This document shows, piece after piece, positions 30,638-41,071 of a stretch of 59,206 bases of DNA (position 1 is the stretch's first letter; every line of letters begins with the position of its first letter). A program made the translations under genes and the position numbers. The stretch is from Bacteroidota bacterium (GTDB lineage Bacteria > Bacteroidota > Bacteroidia > Bacteroidales > VadinHA17): the NCBI GenBank assembly GCA_025350595.1, contig JANXXP010000353.1, forward strand, positions 1 through 59,206, in the 5' to 3' direction. The notes beneath the pieces were generated by a model. The model was not told the origin of the DNA and searched no databases. It saw only the letters and a program-made list of their open reading frames with translations.

Positions 30638-30794
30638 TTTGTTAAAAACTAATTTTTTGCAAATAGATATGGATCATTTAAAGAAATGTAAATTGTTCCG
30701 CCGGATTTAATAAAATTTTAATTTCGGTGTAACCATAAAATCAAGTAATTATACTAACCTTGTCGAAAATTTATTAATCCTAAATCCTAATTTT

Positions 30795-33700
30795 ATGATG
30801 AAGCAATTCAAACGTATGTTTACGATGTTGACTTTCCTGTTCATCTCAGTTATGATGTTCGGGCAGGCATCTACAACATCAGGAATTAATGGTAAGATAG
30901 TTGACCTGAGCGGGAAGCCGTTGGCAGGTGCAACTGTTCTTGCTGTTCACGTTCCTTCAGGATCCCAGTACGGGGCTCTTGCAAATGGTGATGGCTATTT
31001 TTCCATTCAGGGTATGCGTCCGGGCGGACCTTATACAATCGAGGTTTCTTTTATCGGATATTCAAAAAAATCAGTATCAGACATCTCTTTATTACTGGGA
31101 GAATCATTTGTATTTAATTCTACTTTGGAAGAAGGAAGCACCCAGCTTAATGAAGTTGTTGTAGTAGGTGCAAAAGCTCCTGTTTTCAACTCAGAAAAAA
31201 ATGGTGCTTCGATCAATATTAGTAACCGTCAGTTATCTACAATGCCTTCTATCAGTAGAAGTATAAACGACCTTACGCGACTAACTCCGCAATCGAACGG
31301 CAACCAGATCGGTGGTGGTAACTATCGTCAGAACTTTATCACTGTTGACGGTGCCCAGTTTAATAACGCATTCGGTATCGGAACCAACCTTCCGGGGAAC
31401 GGTTCTCCTATTTCAATTGATGCAATTGACCAGATTTCTGTGAATATTACACCTTATGACGTACGTCAGAGTGGTTTCATTGGTGCTTCTGTTAACGCTG
31501 TTACCCGTTCAGGGAGCAACGAATTTTCAGGATCAGCTTATACTTTCATGCAAAATGAAAAATATAAAGGCAACAAAGTTGGAGACTATACTTATTCTCA
31601 GACTGCCAGCGGATCATTTTTGAAAACAAAGTCAAGTTATGCTATGGAAGGTTTACGTATTGGTGGCCCGATTATCAAGAATAAGTTATTTTTCTTCCTA
31701 AACTATGAACAGGAGAAAACTACGATTCCTGGCCCTGCACGCGTTGCTGCTACTCCTGAAGCCCCTGCAGATTATAATAACAATATTGCACGTCCTACAG
31801 TTGCCGACATGGATATGATGAGTCAGTACCTGAAAGACACTTATGGATATGTGACTGGTCCTTATCAGGGATATTCAAATGATAGTCCGGGTACAAAATT
31901 CCTTGCCCGTATTGACTGGAACATAAATAAGAACCACAAATTCAATGTCAGGTACAGTTATATGGCCAGCAAGGATCCTAGCGCACCAAGTACTTCAGTA
32001 TCTCCATTCGGATCGCTTTATACAGGAACCCGTACATCTATGGATGCTATGTGGTATCAGAATACCCAATACTGGCAGCAGAGAAACTTCAGCTCACTTT
32101 CAGCTGAATTGAACTCATCATTATTTGGTGGAAAATTTATGAATACACTGCGTGCTACTTACTCTTTTCAGAATGAGCCGCGTAGTTCAGATGGAAAGCT
32201 GTTCCCATTTGTTGACATCCTGAATGCCGGGAAACCTTATGTATCTTTTGGTACAGAGTTATTCACTTATGGCAACCTTCGTGAAGTTTCAACAATAACC
32301 GTTAATGACGATGTTACCTGGTCCATGGGTATGAATAACTTCACAGCAGGGTTACAGTATGAAACAGATAACACCAAGAACGGTTTCATGAGATTCGGTT
32401 CAAGTTTCTATGTATTTAATTCATGGAGTGACTTTACAAATGGTGTTAAACCTCTTGATTTTGGTATTACATTCTCAAATACCCCCGGGTACGCTCAGGC
32501 ATTTCCTTCTTTCAAATATGCCCAGACATCTGCTTACCTGCAGGATGAGGTTAATTTAACTTCGCGTTTGAAAGTTACCGGAGGCATCCGTTTTGATCTT
32601 CCTACATATCCTACTCCATTGGCAGAGCATCCAATTATTTCATCTCTTACATTTGATCAAAATACTTTCAGCACTTCAACACTTCCATCAACTAAGATTA
32701 TGTTCTCTCCAAGAATCGGATTCAACTATAACTTAACTGAAAATCGTTCAATGGTATTACGTGGGGGAACTGGAATATTTACCGGTCGTGTTCCTTTTGT
32801 ATGGATTGTAGGTCAGGCTGGTGATGCAGGTATGCTGCAAACTACTCTTACCTATACCGGTCAGGCAAACGTGCCAGGGCCATTTGATCCGTCACCTAGT
32901 GCATATTATCCTGCAACACAGCCTGCTGCAGGGACAATCGTTCCTGGTACCTTCACAATTATTTCGAAAAACTTCAAAATGCCTCAGACATGGAAGAGCA
33001 GTCTGGCTTATGACGTAAAACTTCCATGGGGATTAAAAGGAACTGTTGAAGGTATCTATAATAAAGATCTTAATACAGCATTCTTTGTAAATGAAGGGAT
33101 ACAAAATGCAGCATACATGGGTATTTCAGGTTACCCTGATAATCGTATTATTTATCCTAATGCTACTGTAGACAGATATTACCAACTTATAAACACAAGT
33201 GGTATTATTACTACATCCACAGGTGTTGGTAACGGTGTATCCCCGATTGTTCTTGAAAACAAAAAAGGCGGATATTACTGGTCAGCAACAGCAAAAATCG
33301 AGAAAAATTTCGATAAAGGATTTTCAGGGATGATTGCGTACACCCACAGTGAGGCTAAAAATCTTGTTGACGGTAGTGGCGACCAGGCATCTTCTGCATG
33401 GAACGGTAACCCTAACGTAAACGGTGCAAATAGTCCAGAGTTAAGTTACACAAGCTATGTTACCCCTAATAAAATTATTACCTCGTTATCTTACAGAATT
33501 GAATACCTAAAACATATGGGTTCTTCTATTTCGTTATTCTATCAGGGTGGATCTCAAGGTCGTTTCTCCTATGTTTATTCAAGCAATATCGTTCGTGATG
33601 GTGCAGGATCAAACAACCTTATTTATATACCAAGAGATCCTTCTGAGATTAATTTCGTAAACCAGACTGTTAATACATTTGTCTGGACTGCTCAAGCTCA

Positions 33701-34112
33701 GAGCGATGCTTTCTTTGCCTATATCGCACAGGACAAATACCTAAGATCAAGACAAGGGCAGTATGCTGAACGTAATGGCGCTCTTATGCCATGGAGAAAC
33801 CAGATTGATGTAAAACTTTTACAGGATTTCTATATTAATGTTGGCGGTAAACGTAACACTATTCAGTTAAGCCTTGATATTTTGAACATCACTAACTTGC
33901 TTAACAGTAACTGGGGTTTGGCTCAATCATATAATCAAGGTAATATCCTAACGCCCACAAACGTAGCAGCAATAGTTGCAGGTGGAGCAGTGGTGCCTAC
34001 TTACAAGCTTAATCCTTATAACAATACTATGTTAACCAAAACTTTCAACAACACTATTAGTTACGCTTCAACTTATTCCATGCAGTTTGGAATACGTTAT
34101 ATTTTCAACTAA
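30795..34112 (+). CDS. TonB-dependent receptor, Oar-like, with N-terminal carboxypeptidase-regulatory-like domain
   Basis: Signal peptide, PLAGATV..GMRPGGPYTIEVSFIGY, NFITVDGA, PISIDAI, NAVTRSG, SPRIGFNY, C-terminal aromatic QFGIRYIFN. Confidence 0.92.
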   Translation: MMKQFKRMFTMLTFLFISVMMFGQASTTSGINGKIVDLSGKPLAGATVLAVHVPSGSQYGALANGDGYFSIQGMRPGGPYTIEVSFIGYSKKSVSDISLLLGESFVFNSTLEEGSTQLNEVVVVGAKAPVFNSEKNGASINISNRQLSTMPSISRSINDLTRLTPQSNGNQIGGGNYRQNFITVDGAQFNNAFGIGTNLPGNGSPISIDAIDQISVNITPYDVRQSGFIGASVNAVTRSGSNEFSGSAYTFMQNEKYKGNKVGDYTYSQTASGSFLKTKSSYAMEGLRIGGPIIKNKLFFFLNYEQEKTTIPGPARVAATPEAPADYNNNIARPTVADMDMMSQYLKDTYGYVTGPYQGYSNDSPGTKFLARIDWNINKNHKFNVRYSYMASKDPSAPSTSVSPFGSLYTGTRTSMDAMWYQNTQYWQQRNFSSLSAELNSSLFGGKFMNTLRATYSFQNEPRSSDGKLFPFVDILNAGKPYVSFGTELFTYGNLREVSTITVNDDVTWSMGMNNFTAGLQYETDNTKNGFMRFGSSFYVFNSWSDFTNGVKPLDFGITFSNTPGYAQAFPSFKYAQTSAYLQDEVNLTSRLKVTGGIRFDLPTYPTPLAEHPIISSLTFDQNTFSTSTLPSTKIMFSPRIGFNYNLTENRSMVLRGGTGIFTGRVPFVWIVGQAGDAGMLQTTLTYTGQANVPGPFDPSPSAYYPATQPAAGTIVPGTFTIISKNFKMPQTWKSSLAYDVKLPWGLKGTVEGIYNKDLNTAFFVNEGIQNAAYMGISGYPDNRIIYPNATVDRYYQLINTSGIITTSTGVGNGVSPIVLENKKGGYYWSATAKIEKNFDKGFSGMIAYTHSEAKNLVDGSGDQASSAWNGNPNVNGANSPELSYTSYVTPNKIITSLSYRIEYLKHMGSSISLFYQGGSQGRFSYVYSSNIVRDGAGSNNLIYIPRDPSEINFVNQTVNTFVWTAQAQSDAFFAYIAQDKYLRSRQGQYAERNGALMPWRNQIDVKLLQDFYINVGGKRNTIQLSLDILNITNLLNSNWGLAQSYNQGNILTPTNVAAIVAGGAVVPTYKLNPYNNTMLTKTFNNTISYASTYSMQFGIRYIFN

Positions 34113-34131
34113 ATAAAATTTATTGAAATTG

Positions 34132-34165
34132 AGAGGCTGTTAATTTTTAACAGCCTCTTTTTTTT
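34132..34165 (+). terminator. Rho-independent terminator
   Basis: AGAGGCTGTTAA-ttt-TTAACAGCCTCT followed by a T run. Confidence 0.85.
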
Positions 34166-34455
34166 AGAATGCCTGTAAAAATTATTCCAAAAATCGATAT
34201 TCTGTTAATAATGCCTCTGTATGTGACTCAGTACAAATATGCTACCGACAGTGTTAAAATTATAACAACTGAAACAATACTTAATTAACAGAAATACAGG
34301 TATTTAACTAACGGTTAATAACTATGTTGCCAAATGTTAATAAAGTTAAAATTTTACTATTGCATTGAGCCATCCGCTTGTTTAATTTAGCATTTACCCG
34401 CTTTAAAAAGCAGCGGTAGTATAATCTCATCAGAATCAGAGAATAATAAAAATAT

Positions 34456-37089
34456 ATGGAAGAGTTATTTGTCCAGGAATCAGCTATTGCAAAAGAAAAA
34501 GCAACGACAGAACAATCGGCACCCGAAAAACAGAAATCAGGGGAAGTGAAGGAAAAGAGTAAATCGAATGAACGAGTGCACGAAAAAGTTACTTACACGC
34601 ATGAAGAAGCTGTTGAAGCAAGCGTAGAGTATTTTAAAGGTGATGAACTTGCTGCCAGAGTATGGGCAAATAAATATGCATTAAAAGATTCTTTCGGAAA
34701 CCTGTTTGAGAAAACACCTGATGATATGCATCACAGGCTTGCACGCGAAATAGAAAGGATAGAAAAGAGGTATAAAAACCCGCTTTCAGAGGATTTGATT
34801 TACAGTGTTCTCAAAGATTTTAAATACATTGTTCCCCAGGGAGGACCTATGACCGGGATTGGTAATGATTATCAGATCGCCTCTCTATCCAACTGCTTTG
34901 TTATTGGAAGCGGAGGGTCGTCAGACTCTTATGGAGGCATTATGAAAATCGACCAGGAGCAGGTGCAGCTTATGAAACGTCGAGGAGGTGTTGGTCACGA
35001 TCTTTCACATATCAGGCCTAAAGGAACACCTGTGCTTAACAGTGCCCTTACATCCACCGGTGTTGTTCCATTCATGGAGAGATATTCAAACTCCACACGC
35101 GAAGTTGCTCAGGATGGAAGAAGAGGAGCTCTTATGCTCTCAATCTCCATAAAACACCCCGACTCCGGTAAATTTATTGATGCAAAACTTGAGAGCGGAA
35201 AGGTAACCGGCGCAAATGTGTCTGTTAAACTCACCGACGATTTCATGAAAGCTGTTGAAGAAAAGACAAACTTCAGACAACAATATCCTATCAATTCAAG
35301 CAACCCTAAATTTGCGAAAGATATAGACGCAGTAGCCCTCTGGAGCAAAATAATTCACAATGCATGGAAGTCGGCAGAACCCGGAGTCTTATTCTGGGAT
35401 ACTATTATTAAAGAGAGTGTGCCTGATTGCTATGCGGATCTTGGTTATGCTACAGTGTCAACAAATCCTTGCGGGGAAATTCCTCTCTGCCCTTATGATA
35501 GTTGCCGTCTGCTGGCTATTAACCTTTACAGCTATGTAAATAAACCATTTACTCCAAAAGCTGAATTTGACTTTGAATTGTATAAAGAACATGTAGGTCT
35601 GGCACAACGCATGATGGACGATATAATTGATCTTGAACTGGAGAAGATCGATTCAATTCTTGCAAAAATAAATTCCGATCCCGAACTTGAGGAATTGAAA
35701 CTTGTTGAAAGAAATCTCTGGACAAATATCAGAAACAAAGCTGAAGAGGGAAGAAGAACCGGAATTGGAATAACTGCCGAAGGTGATATGCTTGCTGGTC
35801 TTGGACTAAGATATGGCAGTGATGAAGCTACTGACTTTTCAGTTGAGGTTCATAAGACCCTCGCACTCGAAGCTTACAAGGCTTCAACTTATCTGGCTAA
35901 GGAAAGAGGCGCTTTTGGAATATATGACGCAGAGCGTGAAAAAAACAATCCTTTCATCATGAGAATGAAAGAAGCCGATCCGGTCATGTATAATAATATG
36001 GTTAAGTTCGGACGAAGAAATATTGCCCTTCTGACCATCGCCCCTACAGGTACAACAAGTCTCATGACACAGACGACATCAGGTATAGAACCAATATTTT
36101 CAACTTTCTATAAAAGAAGAAGAAAAGTTAATCCAAATGATCTTGATGTAAAAGTATCTTTCACTGATGAGGTTGGTGATTCATGGGAAGAATTTATTGT
36201 ATTTCATCATAAGTTTGTTGACTGGCTCAAACTGAACGGTTATGATACAGATGAGATAACCAGGATGAGAGACGAGGAAATTGAAACAATAATAGCAAAA
36301 TCGCCTTACTATAAAGCTACTGCTAATGATGTTGACTGGATTGCCAAAGTTCGTATGCAGGGTGCAATTCAGAAATGGGTCGACCATTCCATAAGTGTTA
36401 CTATAAACCTTCCTGCAGATGCTAAGGAAGAACTGGTAAGTGAACTTTATCTTACAGCATGGAAATCGGGTTGTAAAGGTGCTACAGTTTATCGCGACGG
36501 ATCGAGAAACGGCGTACTAATAGCTGGTAAAACGGAAGTTCGTCCGGAAAGACCAAAAAGGCCTAAAATATTAGATTGTGATGTGATCAGATTTAGTATC
36601 AATGAAGAAAAATGGATAGCTTTTGTGGGACTGAAGGAAAGCAGGCCCTACGAGATATTCACAGGTATTGCTGATGAAGAAATATTCCCGATTCCAAAAA
36701 GCATAGTTAAGGGAAAAATTATCAAAATCAAGGATGATGACGGAAAGACACGTTACGACTTTCAGTTTACTGATAAATATGGGTACAAGAAAAATATCGA
36801 AGGTCTTTCACACATGTTCACTCCTGAGTTCTGGAATTATGCAAAATTAATTTCGGGAGTACTGAGACATGAGATGCCAATACAGGATGTTGTCAACCTG
36901 GTTCAGTCACTTAAGCTTGACAGCGAGTCAATCAATAACTGGAAGAATGGTGTTGAAAGAGCCATGAAAAAATATATTCCCAATGGAACAAAAGCCAAAG
37001 GGAAATGTGGTGAATGCGGTGGTGACAACCTTGTTTATGAGGAGGGTTGCCTGATCTGCAAAGACTGCGGATCATCAAAATGCGGATGA
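34456..37089 (+). CDS. nrdJ: Adenosylcobalamin-dependent (class II) ribonucleoside-diphosphate reductase
   Basis: SLSNCFV, QDGRRGALM, TNPCGE thiyl-radical Cys, IAPTGT, SISVTIN, YRDGSR, C-terminal CGEC...EGCLICKDCGSSKCG. Confidence 0.95.
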   Translation: MEELFVQESAIAKEKATTEQSAPEKQKSGEVKEKSKSNERVHEKVTYTHEEAVEASVEYFKGDELAARVWANKYALKDSFGNLFEKTPDDMHHRLAREIERIEKRYKNPLSEDLIYSVLKDFKYIVPQGGPMTGIGNDYQIASLSNCFVIGSGGSSDSYGGIMKIDQEQVQLMKRRGGVGHDLSHIRPKGTPVLNSALTSTGVVPFMERYSNSTREVAQDGRRGALMLSISIKHPDSGKFIDAKLESGKVTGANVSVKLTDDFMKAVEEKTNFRQQYPINSSNPKFAKDIDAVALWSKIIHNAWKSAEPGVLFWDTIIKESVPDCYADLGYATVSTNPCGEIPLCPYDSCRLLAINLYSYVNKPFTPKAEFDFELYKEHVGLAQRMMDDIIDLELEKIDSILAKINSDPELEELKLVERNLWTNIRNKAEEGRRTGIGITAEGDMLAGLGLRYGSDEATDFSVEVHKTLALEAYKASTYLAKERGAFGIYDAEREKNNPFIMRMKEADPVMYNNMVKFGRRNIALLTIAPTGTTSLMTQTTSGIEPIFSTFYKRRRKVNPNDLDVKVSFTDEVGDSWEEFIVFHHKFVDWLKLNGYDTDEITRMRDEEIETIIAKSPYYKATANDVDWIAKVRMQGAIQKWVDHSISVTINLPADAKEELVSELYLTAWKSGCKGATVYRDGSRNGVLIAGKTEVRPERPKRPKILDCDVIRFSINEEKWIAFVGLKESRPYEIFTGIADEEIFPIPKSIVKGKIIKIKDDDGKTRYDFQFTDKYGYKKNIEGLSHMFTPEFWNYAKLISGVLRHEMPIQDVVNLVQSLKLDSESINNWKNGVERAMKKYIPNGTKAKGKCGECGGDNLVYEEGCLICKDCGSSKCG

Positions 37090-37090
37090 T

Positions 37091-38281
37091 TTATTTTATC
37101 ACCCCCATTTCTTTTCCGACCTTTTCAAATGCTTTCATTGCTTTATCGAGATGCTCTTTTTCATGTGCAGCCGATAGCTGGACTCTTATTCTGGCCTGGC
37201 CTTTAGCAACTACAGGGAAATAAAATCCGATAACATATATCCCTTCATTCAGCAATTTTGCTGCAAACTCCTGCGACAGTTTGGCATCGTAAAGCATTAC
37301 CGCGCAAATCGCTGATTTGGTTGGTTTTATATCAAATCCAAGCTTCTTCATTCCGGCAATAAAATATTCAGCATTCCAGTGAAGCTTATCTTGTAAAACA
37401 TTGGTTTCAGTCATCATTTCTACCATCCTTATACCTGCAGCTGCGATCATTGGTGGTATCGAGTTTGAGAAGAGATATGGCCGTGATCTCTGACGCAGGA
37501 TCTCAATTATCTCTTTCTTTCCTGTTGTAAAGCCTCCTATAGCACCTCCAAAAGCTTTGCCGAGAGTTCCGGTTATAATTTCTACCTTACCGGAAATATT
37601 GAAAAGTTCTGTAACTCCTCTTCCTGTTTCTCCCACAACTCCTGCAGAGTGAGATTCATCAACCATCACCATTGCATTGTATTTATTGGCCAGTACGACT
37701 ATTTTATCCAGAGGAGCAACATTACCATCCATTGAAAATACCCCGTCGGTTACAATAAGTCTGAAACGTTGAGCCTGAGCAAGCTGAAGCTGTTTCTCAA
37801 GATCACCCATATCGGCGTTTTCATATCTGTACCGCTGGGCTTTACAGAGACGTACACCGTCAATTATTGAAGCGTGGTTGAGAGCGTCTGAAATAATAGC
37901 GTCCTCTTCTGTGAGGAGGGGTTCAAAAACGCCTCCATTAGCGTCGAAACAGGCAGCATATAGAATTGTATCTTCTGTGTGAAAGAATTCAGCTATCTTT
38001 TTCTCAAGTTCTTTATGCAGATCTGTTGTCCCGCAAATAAACCTTACCGATGACATGCCATAGCCATGATTATCCATAGAGGCTTTAGCTGCCTTAATAA
38101 GAGATGGATTATTTGACAGTCCAAGATAGTTATTGGCACAGAAATTCAATACTTTCTGGCCGGTGTTAAGCTCAATTTCAGCTCCCTGAGGGGAAACGAT
38201 AATCCTTTCGTTTTTATATAATCCTGCTTCCTGAATCTCATTAATGACCTTAATAAGATGATTTTGATAATTAGTATACAT
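37091..38281 (-). CDS. kbl: Glycine C-acetyltransferase (2-amino-3-ketobutyrate CoA ligase)
   Basis: NFCANNYLGL, SVRFICGT, DALNHASIIDG, TDGVFSMDG, GTLGKA, RQRSRPYLFSNS; start trimmed to ATG 38281. Confidence 0.96.
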   Translation of the reverse strand: MYTNYQNHLIKVINEIQEAGLYKNERIIVSPQGAEIELNTGQKVLNFCANNYLGLSNNPSLIKAAKASMDNHGYGMSSVRFICGTTDLHKELEKKIAEFFHTEDTILYAACFDANGGVFEPLLTEEDAIISDALNHASIIDGVRLCKAQRYRYENADMGDLEKQLQLAQAQRFRLIVTDGVFSMDGNVAPLDKIVVLANKYNAMVMVDESHSAGVVGETGRGVTELFNISGKVEIITGTLGKAFGGAIGGFTTGKKEIIEILRQRSRPYLFSNSIPPMIAAAGIRMVEMMTETNVLQDKLHWNAEYFIAGMKKLGFDIKPTKSAICAVMLYDAKLSQEFAAKLLNEGIYVIGFYFPVVAKGQARIRVQLSAAHEKEHLDKAMKAFEKVGKEMGVIK

Positions 38282-38296
38282 GATCTTCTTTTTAGC

Positions 38297-38388
38297 CTTT
38301 GTGAACCTTTGTGATTTCCTTTGAGTGACTTTGTGTTTTTTTTTTTTTACCACAAAGGGCACAAAGGATCTCACCAGGTATCACTAAG
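38297..38388. repeat. Palindromic array (CTTTGTG)x4 - T13 - (CACAAAG)x4
   Basis: Units at 38297, 38307, 38319, 38329 and inverted units at 38351, 38360, 38372, 38382 (some degenerate). Confidence 0.75.
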
Positions 38389-38399
38389 GATTAATTTAG

Positions 38400-39434
38400 T
38401 TAATACCAGTTTAGAATTACTTTGCCGCAATTTCCTTCTTCCATGGCATCGAATCCCTTCTGAAAATCGTCAATAGGGAAGCGGTGAGTGATGACGGGAT
38501 TAAGATCGATACCCCCTATTATCATCTGTTCCATTTTGTACCATGTTTCCCACATCTCACGACCATATATTCCTTTTAATGTTATAGCCTTGAATATGAT
38601 ATCACTCCACGGAACTTCGAAATTTGACGGAAGTATGCCAAGCAGTGAAATACTTGATCCATTATACATGTTGTTGAGCATATCAACAAATGCTTTTGGC
38701 GACCCCGACATCTCAAGACCTATATCAAATCCCCTCACCCCAAGCTTTTTGCGGGCATCCGAAATAGTTTCTCCTTTCGATGGATTTATTGTTAATGTTG
38801 CCCCCATCTTCTTTGCAATTGCGAGACGGTAATCGCTCAGATCGCTGGCAACTATAAATCTTGCTCCGGCATACTTTGCAATTGCAACCGCCATACTGCC
38901 AATCAGCCCAGATCCTGTAATAAGTACGTCTTCCCCAAGAAGAGGAAAGGAAAGTGCTGTATGAGTGGCATTTCCAAAAGGATCCATAATTGCAGCCCAC
39001 TCATCAGGGATTCTGGAGTCGAGGGGAATAACATTTGTTGCCGGAACTTTTACATATTCAGCAAAGGACCCGTCGATATTTACTCCTATCCCAACAGTAT
39101 TTTCGCAGACATGCTCTTTTCCACGGCGGCAGTTACGACAATGCCCGCAAGGCAGATGACCCTCTCCTGTAACTCTTTCCCCAATTTTGAGGTTAGAGAC
39201 ACCTGCCCCCATTTTTTCTATATAACCCATGTATTCGTGACCAATTGTCATCGGAGTTTTAATGGTTTTTTGCGACCAGGCATCCCATTCATAAATATGA
39301 AGATCTGTTCCGCATATTGCTGACTTCTTAACCTTAATAATCACATCATTAAGTCCGGGTTCAGGAATGGGAACCTCCTGCATCCATAACCCTTTTTCCG
39401 GTCTGGCTTTTACCAGTGCTTTCATCTTTTGCAT
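38400..39434 (-). CDS. tdh: L-threonine 3-dehydrogenase
   Basis: ICGTDLHIYEWD, GHE, CGHCRNC..C, DPFGNATHT, GIYGREMWETWY; upstream of kbl. Confidence 0.96.
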   Translation of the reverse strand: MQKMKALVKARPEKGLWMQEVPIPEPGLNDVIIKVKKSAICGTDLHIYEWDAWSQKTIKTPMTIGHEYMGYIEKMGAGVSNLKIGERVTGEGHLPCGHCRNCRRGKEHVCENTVGIGVNIDGSFAEYVKVPATNVIPLDSRIPDEWAAIMDPFGNATHTALSFPLLGEDVLITGSGLIGSMAVAIAKYAGARFIVASDLSDYRLAIAKKMGATLTINPSKGETISDARKKLGVRGFDIGLEMSGSPKAFVDMLNNMYNGSSISLLGILPSNFEVPWSDIIFKAITLKGIYGREMWETWYKMEQMIIGGIDLNPVITHRFPIDDFQKGFDAMEEGNCGKVILNWY

Positions 39435-39558
39435 AATGACATAGTTTTCATCCCGCTAAATTAATACAAATCTGTTGTACAAAACCTGATTTTTGTATTA
39501 CTATTTTATATAATGGGGTTTGTCTATCTTTGTCCATATTTCTAACAGATTAATTAAT

Positions 39559-41067
39559 ATGGCACAAGTAAGAGTACGTTTTGCCCCAAGTCCGACAGGC
39601 CCCTTGCATATAGGTGGTGTCAGGACAGCGCTATACAACTATCTTTTTGCAAAGAAGAATAACGGGACATTCATTTTAAGAATTGAAGATACTGACCAGG
39701 CAAGATTCGTTGAAGGAGCTGAAGAATATATTATGGAGTCGCTCCAATGGGCAGGCATAAAGGTTGACGAAGGTATTAATGAAGGAGGGAAAGATGGTCC
39801 GTACCGGCAGAGCGACAGGAAAGCAATATATAGGCAATATGCAGATTTACTTATAGAAAAAGGAGATGCCTATTATGCTTTTGACTCTTCGGAGCAGCTT
39901 GAAGCTTTAAGAACTGAATCGGAAAAAGCTGGTAATACCTTTATATATAATGCAGCAAACAGAGATAAGTTATCTAACTCAATCTCGCTAAAGGAATCAG
40001 AATGGAAGGAGAAGCTTTCTAAAGGAGAACCTTATGTAATCCGGTATAAGATGCCTGATAATGAGGATATTCATTTTGATGATATTATCCGTGGACATAT
40101 TGTTGTAAATACCAGCACCCTTGATGATAAGGTTCTGTTCAAATCAGATGGTATGCCAACCTATCATCTGGCTAATATTGTTGACGACCACCTTATGGAG
40201 ATCAGTCATGTAATCAGAGGCGAAGAGTGGCTGCCTTCTTTGCCTTTGCATATTTTGTTATATCGATCGTTTGGCTGGAATCCTCCTCTTTTTGCACATC
40301 TTCCATTATTGCTTAAGCCAGACGGGAAAGGGAAGTTAAGCAAGCGCGATGGAGATAAGATGGGCTTTCCTGTGTTTCCTCTCTTCTGGCCATTTGGAGA
40401 AACAGCAAAAGGATACCGTGAAGAGGGCTATTACCCTGAAGCATTTGTAAACATCCTGGCATTGCTTGGATGGAACCCTGGCACAGAGCAGGAAATCTTT
40501 TCGATGGAAGAGCTGATTGAAGCATTCTCAATAGAGAGGGTAGGTAAGTCGGGCTCACGGTTTGATCCGGAGAAAGCTAAATGGTTCAATCACCAGTACC
40601 TCCAGCAAAGGACCAATGAGCAACTGGCACTTGATTTCAGGGAGTTCCTCAGAGCTCATGGCTATCATTTCGACATTGTTGAACTTGAGGTTCTTATTGG
40701 TCTTGTAAAGGAAAGGGTAAGTTTTGTAAAAGATATTTGGGAACAGACTGATTTCTTTTTTAAAGCTCCTGAATCATACGATAAGGAGGTGATTAAGAAA
40801 CGTTGGAAAGATGACTCAGCTTCTCTACTTCTGGAATTAAGGTCAGTTTTAGAGAAAATAGATGACTTTTCCAGCGCTGCCATTGAGCCTGTTGTTAAAG
40901 CCTGGATTGAGGAGAAAGGCTATAATATGGGGACTATAATGAATGCTTTCAGACTGGTAATTGTTGGCGCATCAAGGGGTCCTCATATGTATGATATAAT
41001 AAGCTGGATTGGGAAGGAGGAAACTCTCAGACGTATAGATAAGGGCCTTTCCGTAATTGGTAAATAG
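39559..41067 (+). CDS. gltX: Glutamate--tRNA ligase
   Basis: VRVRFAPSPTGPLHIGG, LRIEDTD, PYRQS, HVIRGEEW, KLSKR; start trimmed to ATG 39559. Confidence 0.98.
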   Translation: MAQVRVRFAPSPTGPLHIGGVRTALYNYLFAKKNNGTFILRIEDTDQARFVEGAEEYIMESLQWAGIKVDEGINEGGKDGPYRQSDRKAIYRQYADLLIEKGDAYYAFDSSEQLEALRTESEKAGNTFIYNAANRDKLSNSISLKESEWKEKLSKGEPYVIRYKMPDNEDIHFDDIIRGHIVVNTSTLDDKVLFKSDGMPTYHLANIVDDHLMEISHVIRGEEWLPSLPLHILLYRSFGWNPPLFAHLPLLLKPDGKGKLSKRDGDKMGFPVFPLFWPFGETAKGYREEGYYPEAFVNILALLGWNPGTEQEIFSMEELIEAFSIERVGKSGSRFDPEKAKWFNHQYLQQRTNEQLALDFREFLRAHGYHFDIVELEVLIGLVKERVSFVKDIWEQTDFFFKAPESYDKEVIKKRWKDDSASLLLELRSVLEKIDDFSSAAIEPVVKAWIEEKGYNMGTIMNAFRLVIVGASRGPHMYDIISWIGKEETLRRIDKGLSVIGK

Positions 41068-41071
41068 AGAA

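Noticed and set aside
34166-34455. Cobalamin riboswitch or NrdR box upstream of nrdJ
   Set aside because: No B12-box/GGGAA core and no convincing NrdR palindrome visible; an Rfam scan would be needed to exclude it fully
38282-38374. Lys-rich N-terminal extension of Kbl in the ORF track
   Set aside because: It is a translation of the intergenic palindromic repeat; the Kbl-like sequence starts at ATG 38281
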